Translations under genes and position numbers: made by a program
Notes under the pieces: model-generated
Databases searched by the model: none
The model's input: only the letters and a program-made list of their open reading frames with translations
What the model was told of the DNA's origin: nothing
NCBI GenBank assembly: GCA_019057385.1
Contig: JAHQJS010000004.1
Location: forward strand, 352,001-416,000
From: Candidatus Borrarchaeum weybense
GTDB lineage: Archaea > Asgardarchaeota > Sifarchaeia > Borrarchaeales > Borrarchaeaceae
DNA: 64,000 nucleotides
Direction of reading: 5' to 3'
Shown: positions 59,901 through 64,000 of the stretch, piece by piece
Layout of the letters: each line of letters opens with the position of its first letter
Numbering within the stretch: the stretch's first letter is position 1

Positions 59901-60106
59901 AACGTTTGGACGAAAAATATCGCGGTCACGCCTTTATCATGGTTAAACGCCTTCTAGAAAAACTCAAGGAAATAAACGGACAGAATGGCGGTTATAACTG
60001 GAATCTGATTCCTCAGCTCATTTTAGTTGCACCAATAGTAGTAGGAAGCTATATCCCTCCAGAAATAGATACTCAATATTTATTCAAAGTAACTAAACTG
60101 AGTTAA
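56915..60106 (+). CDS. SMC-family ATPase, SMC5/6-like
   Basis: Walker A GANAVGKTT, two long coiled coils flanking a hinge-like domain (KPLFQEIFI..WEGAINHALGG), signature ASGGER..LFLAL and Walker B/D-loop IVDEFTQRLD. The start may be ATG 56945, 57011 or 57053. Confidence 0.9.
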   Translation: MISARLKELPMDLRLKQVVYNSLLWKVTDAKSMSSKESLKTANFQDMYLVLKAVEVNNFGIHKHLTMSFEKPINLIVGANAVGKTTLLDAVSIALGGESDRYGTLKDLVGYVGPAGDKASVTVYLRNPSNENKNHPLVDYGIYTNYVKEELKIEVTITRDSVYWQVNDRQKKHGRQEIRKMLQSATIRIDMSDEILFTRKDTIDKFMSGSPVEQFQQILTSLKLANLQEDIQNTQGEVKNLQNKLPELDYRRKSLEKDLEVAKQLKEQYERKFDLLDQKARLTNILNWIEYNEWQTRLIELDEQTTLLKKDLEELQHEYQEIETQSKQNKRNEQLLQDQLNEMQTRLTDLTRQNEERLRNIGLIKEDIAGKEAEHRIKDQYLQENVQRQENLQKIYQEEIIKGSLLSLEDWKNSKPLIEEKRRALKDLQQKDIQALQTCNSRLSHLATRIKRYDTQENQILNELAKLNQTVTSGTKFNAGEHHVLALRRALDQLLWGKKVTKPLFQEIFIKPDGELWEGAINHALGGLRSYVLAKDAATINQLREYMEQNNFSVWVARLPKIANIPTRSLQSLPENLKDLIVGWIDDFLEFDDPFIATYLLARTRALLVKSNASATELLELAKITGADVYTAQPSVFKPDGRFRTNVRTSYSLGKRTDNIEKVIELQTKLEHIKNERAKLIDQRLKILEKKAELQDKQAQLQEQIDALQDQITHMAKKDPTSILKSIEELDKTIKEQHKEIERIAEELESTKTRLKPLTENTFIEEIKYLNNEIPKIQEQIGGYRTHDQVLENRLIELKSKIETMKAEYQDIERDLELRRSKVAQYKESLVDPAPKRLPPKTKVLREIYEIDGAVNQITATAYDVEQYEKLEKYYQETGQDIERVSQALDETRQQLEDYYQEWKQRVKFVLQQLQDVANFLLSPFIQVRCSTTNSLDMKQIGLKVEFTNKTNGNEKYELYHVASGGERALITQSLFLALHTLNRSSPIHIVDEFTQRLDEKYRGHAFIMVKRLLEKLKEINGQNGGYNWNLIPQLILVAPIVVGSYIPPEIDTQYLFKVTKLS

Positions 60107-60280
60107 GATCCGTAAATCTACACTTGTAGGGCTTATACGTTATTATCAAATATTGTGAAGAATAAAAAAAATATTTATTGTACATTTACATAATATGATC
60201 AAAATATGAAGACTTGAAAAATTAATGTTTCATTTTCATAATTGTACATGTTCCAGTATGACGACTATAAAGGTGACTAA

Positions 60281-63133
60281 GTGATAGAACATAAACCTTC
60301 CTCGAAGGAAACGTATCTACTAGGCATTGACTTAGGCACTACTAACACCTATGCCTGTTTATCAAAAATTCGAGATGAAAGATTATTAGATATTATTCCT
60401 ATAGGTATAACGCAACTCCGACAAAGTTTTCAGACAACTACTGACGAGTGTTTACCTTCGGTAGTTTACTTTCTTAAACAAGAAGAATTTGGTGTAAATT
60501 GTCTTGTAGGTAAAGGCGCTAAGGAACTTATTACTTCAGAACCAGAACGGGTTATCTGTTCGTCTAAAACTCACATTGGAACCGATAAAGTCTACAAGAT
60601 CAACGGGATGTCTTATATACCCCGTGATATCGCAGCAATTATTTTTGATACAGTCAGGCAGAGTGTGCAAGTATCCTCTCCAGAATATCTCCAAGGCGAT
60701 ATAATTGTAGGTGTTCCATCTCGATTTAATGCAGAACAAAAGGCAGATACTCTTAAGGCTGCAGAAAGAATATTTACGAAAGCATCAACTATCTCTTTAG
60801 TGGAGGAACCAGAAGCTATTGCTTTGTGGTATCTCCATGAGGAGATTAATACTGACAGTAAAGATACCTTTCTTAAAAAATGGTGTTTTGGAAAAAGGCG
60901 ATTTTTAGTTATAGATATGGGTGGGGGAACGTTAGATGTAGCCATTATCGAGGCGACACTACGTGACGATGTCGAATTTGATAAAGAGAATCCAAAAACA
61001 TATCCAATAGTAAAACGAATAGCAATTGGTGAATTTACTCAATGTGCAGGAGATGAATTTGACAAATTAATAGCGGAGAAACTACGCGTAGAACTTTATC
61101 CTAATCTTTCAGACGAGGAATATGAACACTACAAGCCATGTTTTCTCGAACAAGCGGAACGGATTAAGTTGGCTATTAGTCTGAAGATGCGAATGCAGGA
61201 CGCTTCCACTACGGTCCGAATACTGTTCTATTTATTAAGCACACATGAACCAAAAGAAAGCATATGGGATGTTGATAAGTACTATAACGCAGTTAAATCA
61301 CTACTTCCTCCCTCTGGCTTTACGTTTTATCATGATTATATCGAGGAATACAATCGAAAACAATGGTTGAAAACTACTATCCTTCGTCCGATTATTGATG
61401 CATATATCCAAATAGATGAGAATGAACGTCTAATTGATGGCCGTTTGTTCGATGTATTCATTCTAGCGGGCGGAATGGCTGAATTTCCCTTAATTGAAGA
61501 CATCTTTCATGAAATTTTAGGTGTTGCACCTGTTCGTCTGCGGAAGGACCCCAAGAGAGCTGTTGCTCGAGGTTTAATTGTTGAACATTATTTTGAGAAA
61601 TTTGACAGTATTTCTAAAAAAACTATCGGACAGACTTATGGCGTTAAAGTTTTTGATCGGAGCAAGCAACAGCCTGTATGGAAAAAATTTATTCGAAGAG
61701 ATGAAGAACTCCCGATCATTAAGAAAAATGTGCTTTCTGGAACATTGAGTGCGAAACAATCTAAGATCCTTTTTTCACTAGGTAAAAAACCTATAGGGGA
61801 GGAGAATTATGCACCTATCCGAGACTACTCGGTTGCATTAGATCCACCCCCAACAGAGCAAATTGCCTTCTCTCTTAATGTTTTAGTGAATGAATCTGGT
61901 GCAATTGAAATAGATGGAAAACGAGGTGATAATTGTGGGTTTATTCGGATAGGGGCATTAACAGGCGATGAAAGAGAAGAAGATTATGAGCCATTAATAC
62001 CTGAAGCGACTGATCGGAAGTTCACTCGTGAAAAACTTAACGAGTTACTTCCTAAAAAGGAATCGATAATTCGACCAAGAGAAGATAAGAGCCCTAAGAC
62101 AGTTTTAATTGAATTTAGGAAAGTTCTTGATCAAGAAAAGAAAAACAGAAGGAAACTCAGTCAACATCGTGAAGAATTTGCAAATTTAAGGAAAATTAGA
62201 AAAGCGCTCCGATCTCTTCAACAGAGTTACAGAAATAGATTTGGAGATCTTAAGAAACTCAAACATAATATAGCCACAAAAAATGTCTGTTTTGATGAAC
62301 TTCGAGAATACGTCCTTCTATTTGGTGATATTGTTAAATCGCATGTTCAGCGTAATGAGCCATGGAAACTTGACCAATTAACTGCATCTATTATCGCTGA
62401 TTTGACGGAAGTGATTCTAGAATATGGTCTACGTGGTGAAGTGCTATTTTCTTTAATGAGGCTCATTAGATATGTTATTCTCAAAATTCCAACTTTCCAG
62501 CCACCTAGATTCCAAGATTTGATTGATTTCGCCTTAGAAGAAAGTGGTAAATGGACTGAAGAGGTTTACTACGCCTTAAGTTTGATGGCAAATCCTTCAT
62601 CTTATCTTATCGACAAAATTATTTTTGCCCTCACATCAAAATACGGATTTAGTGCACTTCATGCCCTAGGCTTGTTTGTTAGACGACAAAATGAAACACA
62701 AAGTTATGATTTTCCAACTATACAAACTATTTGGGTGACTCTTCTTCATTTATTCACAAAAATAATTGAAGATGCTCCCTATGAAATTGAATTACCTCCA
62801 CTCAGCTCTGATATTATAGCCAATAGCAGATTTCAATCAACTAAATTTGACAATTTAAGAAAGAACGAGACATTTCTAGAAAAACTCTTCTTTATATTGG
62901 CTTACTTCGTGAAAAGTGAAGTTGATCTGCCCGAAAAACAGCGATATCCTGAAATGCTCAGAATAATATTTAACAGCAATGAATTACCAGAGATGCTTCA
63001 CTATCAGATCCAATTATGCCTGTACTGGTACGAAGGACAAAAATTCTTAGAAGAAATCGATGCTCGGGATGAAGAATTAGAGACCCAGGAAATAAGTAAT
63101 AGGATTATTGAGTATTATCTCCAAATTAACTAG
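60281..63133 (+). CDS. Atypical Hsp70/DnaK-family protein with a long C-terminal helical extension
   Basis: GIDLGTTNT, LPSVVYF, VGVPSRF..EQ...T..AA, EEPEA.AL, DMGGGTLDVA, AGDEFD, LAGG....P and DP..AVARG motifs. About 380 aa of non-DnaK C-terminus follow. Confidence 0.88.
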   Translation: MIEHKPSSKETYLLGIDLGTTNTYACLSKIRDERLLDIIPIGITQLRQSFQTTTDECLPSVVYFLKQEEFGVNCLVGKGAKELITSEPERVICSSKTHIGTDKVYKINGMSYIPRDIAAIIFDTVRQSVQVSSPEYLQGDIIVGVPSRFNAEQKADTLKAAERIFTKASTISLVEEPEAIALWYLHEEINTDSKDTFLKKWCFGKRRFLVIDMGGGTLDVAIIEATLRDDVEFDKENPKTYPIVKRIAIGEFTQCAGDEFDKLIAEKLRVELYPNLSDEEYEHYKPCFLEQAERIKLAISLKMRMQDASTTVRILFYLLSTHEPKESIWDVDKYYNAVKSLLPPSGFTFYHDYIEEYNRKQWLKTTILRPIIDAYIQIDENERLIDGRLFDVFILAGGMAEFPLIEDIFHEILGVAPVRLRKDPKRAVARGLIVEHYFEKFDSISKKTIGQTYGVKVFDRSKQQPVWKKFIRRDEELPIIKKNVLSGTLSAKQSKILFSLGKKPIGEENYAPIRDYSVALDPPPTEQIAFSLNVLVNESGAIEIDGKRGDNCGFIRIGALTGDEREEDYEPLIPEATDRKFTREKLNELLPKKESIIRPREDKSPKTVLIEFRKVLDQEKKNRRKLSQHREEFANLRKIRKALRSLQQSYRNRFGDLKKLKHNIATKNVCFDELREYVLLFGDIVKSHVQRNEPWKLDQLTASIIADLTEVILEYGLRGEVLFSLMRLIRYVILKIPTFQPPRFQDLIDFALEESGKWTEEVYYALSLMANPSSYLIDKIIFALTSKYGFSALHALGLFVRRQNETQSYDFPTIQTIWVTLLHLFTKIIEDAPYEIELPPLSSDIIANSRFQSTKFDNLRKNETFLEKLFFILAYFVKSEVDLPEKQRYPEMLRIIFNSNELPEMLHYQIQLCLYWYEGQKFLEEIDARDEELETQEISNRIIEYYLQIN

Positions 63134-63199
63134 ACTTGAGATATCATCACTAGAACAAGAAGATTTTAGGCAAAGTTATTAGTCTATAAAAATTAATGC

Positions 63200-63970
63200 T
63201 CAAATCTTAAGAAGATCCGAACGCACCGTAAAATATTTTTTGCGAGGATTATCCACATTAAGATGAACCAGTTTCTCAATCGCAAAGGTTTTCATATATT
63301 TATCAAAATACTCTTTTGGTAGAAGAAGAATTGGACAGTGCATCTCATAAGCCCCTTCTTTCTTTTTATCTATAACTTCTCCTTCCTCGATTTTGAGCTC
63401 AATTTGACGTGCCAGTGATTTTAAATACTTTAGAAGAGTTTCTCGTCTGCAATACTCGGGAAATCTCATTGGTCGTTCACTAATAACTTCAGGAAGATTG
63501 CTTGATAAAAATTGTGAAATTTCACGAATTTTTTTAACACAATTCTCTCCTAGAGGTGTAAGAGTATTGTTTTGGGAAGAAAAAAGTTGTTCCACACGTC
63601 CCTTTGGATCCTTTCCGATATATTTGTAAACTAAATTAGGTTTGACATTGCGTATTATACCCCAACAGAATAATTGCACTTTTCGCACTTTCAATAATTG
63701 AAAATCTTCCTTAGTCCAAGAATCAAAAACTTCTAAGGCGTCTAATCCAATTTTTCGTATTGTACATCTCTGAACGCCTGCTTCCTTCACAATCAAACCC
63801 ATGTCTTTGAGTAACTTAACCGCGCTATACGCAAATTTACCTTTTGGAAAATATACTGTTCTTTCAGCGTCACTTTCATTAATAGATTCAGCGTCTCTTA
63901 GATAACAGAGAACCTCAATAACATCTTTTCGATCAAAAATCCGGATCATTAAAACTTCGTCCATAGCCAT
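63200..63970 (-). CDS. Hypothetical protein, possible N-terminal winged helix
   Basis: 256-aa ORF with a GTGAGGA RBS. AVKLLKDMGLI...IRKIG resembles a wHTH wing. Confidence 0.6.
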   Translation of the reverse strand: MAMDEVLMIRIFDRKDVIEVLCYLRDAESINESDAERTVYFPKGKFAYSAVKLLKDMGLIVKEAGVQRCTIRKIGLDALEVFDSWTKEDFQLLKVRKVQLFCWGIIRNVKPNLVYKYIGKDPKGRVEQLFSSQNNTLTPLGENCVKKIREISQFLSSNLPEVISERPMRFPEYCRRETLLKYLKSLARQIELKIEEGEVIDKKKEGAYEMHCPILLLPKEYFDKYMKTFAIEKLVHLNVDNPRKKYFTVRSDLLKI

Positions 63971-64000
63971 TCCTCACTATCATTTTCAATTATTTCACTC

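Noticed and set aside
51079-60106. Canonical Wadjet (jetABCD) or housekeeping smc-scpAB
   Set aside because: There is no Toprim JetD, the gene order is split and divergent, extra subunits are present, and the head motifs are SMC5/6-like.
31-61759. Numerous short ORFs antisense to or nested in longer genes (e.g. 31..426, 988..1500, 27361..27909, 41139..41546, 47727..48107, 49444..49800)
   Set aside because: They are shadows of well-supported genes and show no motifs of their own.
1-64000. tRNA, rRNA, integrase or provirus genes
   Set aside because: None were recognisable by eye; tRNAscan-SE and Infernal would be needed to exclude small RNAs.

Overview
Low-GC archaeal chromosomal window. It is most likely from an Asgard archaeon, inferred from an ESCRT-II Vps22/Vps36 (EAP30) domain, archaeal S19e, a methanogen-type SerRS and TATA-box promoters. 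Bases 1-43.6 kb are mainly housekeeping and metabolic genes: rps19e; a zinc-ribbon / ESCRT-II-fusion / SPFH operon; a cyclic-2,3-diphosphoglycerate operon; Lut/Glc-type 2-hydroxyacid oxidoreductases; two ArnT/PMT-type glycosyltransferases (one frameshifted at an A10 run); SerRS2 near a SerK-like gene; and LarE, aconitase X, UxaA and DUF362 genes. This part also holds a degenerate orphan mini-CRISPR, an amber-interrupted IS200/IS605 tnpB, and IS-derived miniature elements that supply host stop codons. Bases 43.7-64 kb look like a defence island with two standout candidate systems. The first is a tightly linked TIR-TM / small membrane protein / RNase III (with dsRBD) / long Argonaute operon, in which the Argonaute appears catalytically intact and its gene overlaps the RNase III gene, giving a minimal 'Dicer-precursor + slicer' RNAi-like module. 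The second is an SMC5/6-like ATPase plus an AAA+ ATPase, divergent from a coupled five-gene operon encoding kleisin-like, kite-like and PD-(D/E)XK nuclease proteins and two orphans; it is flanked by a SAMHD1-like HD protein and an atypical Hsp70. All calls come from motifs read by eye; no searches were run, and no rRNA or tRNA genes were recognised.
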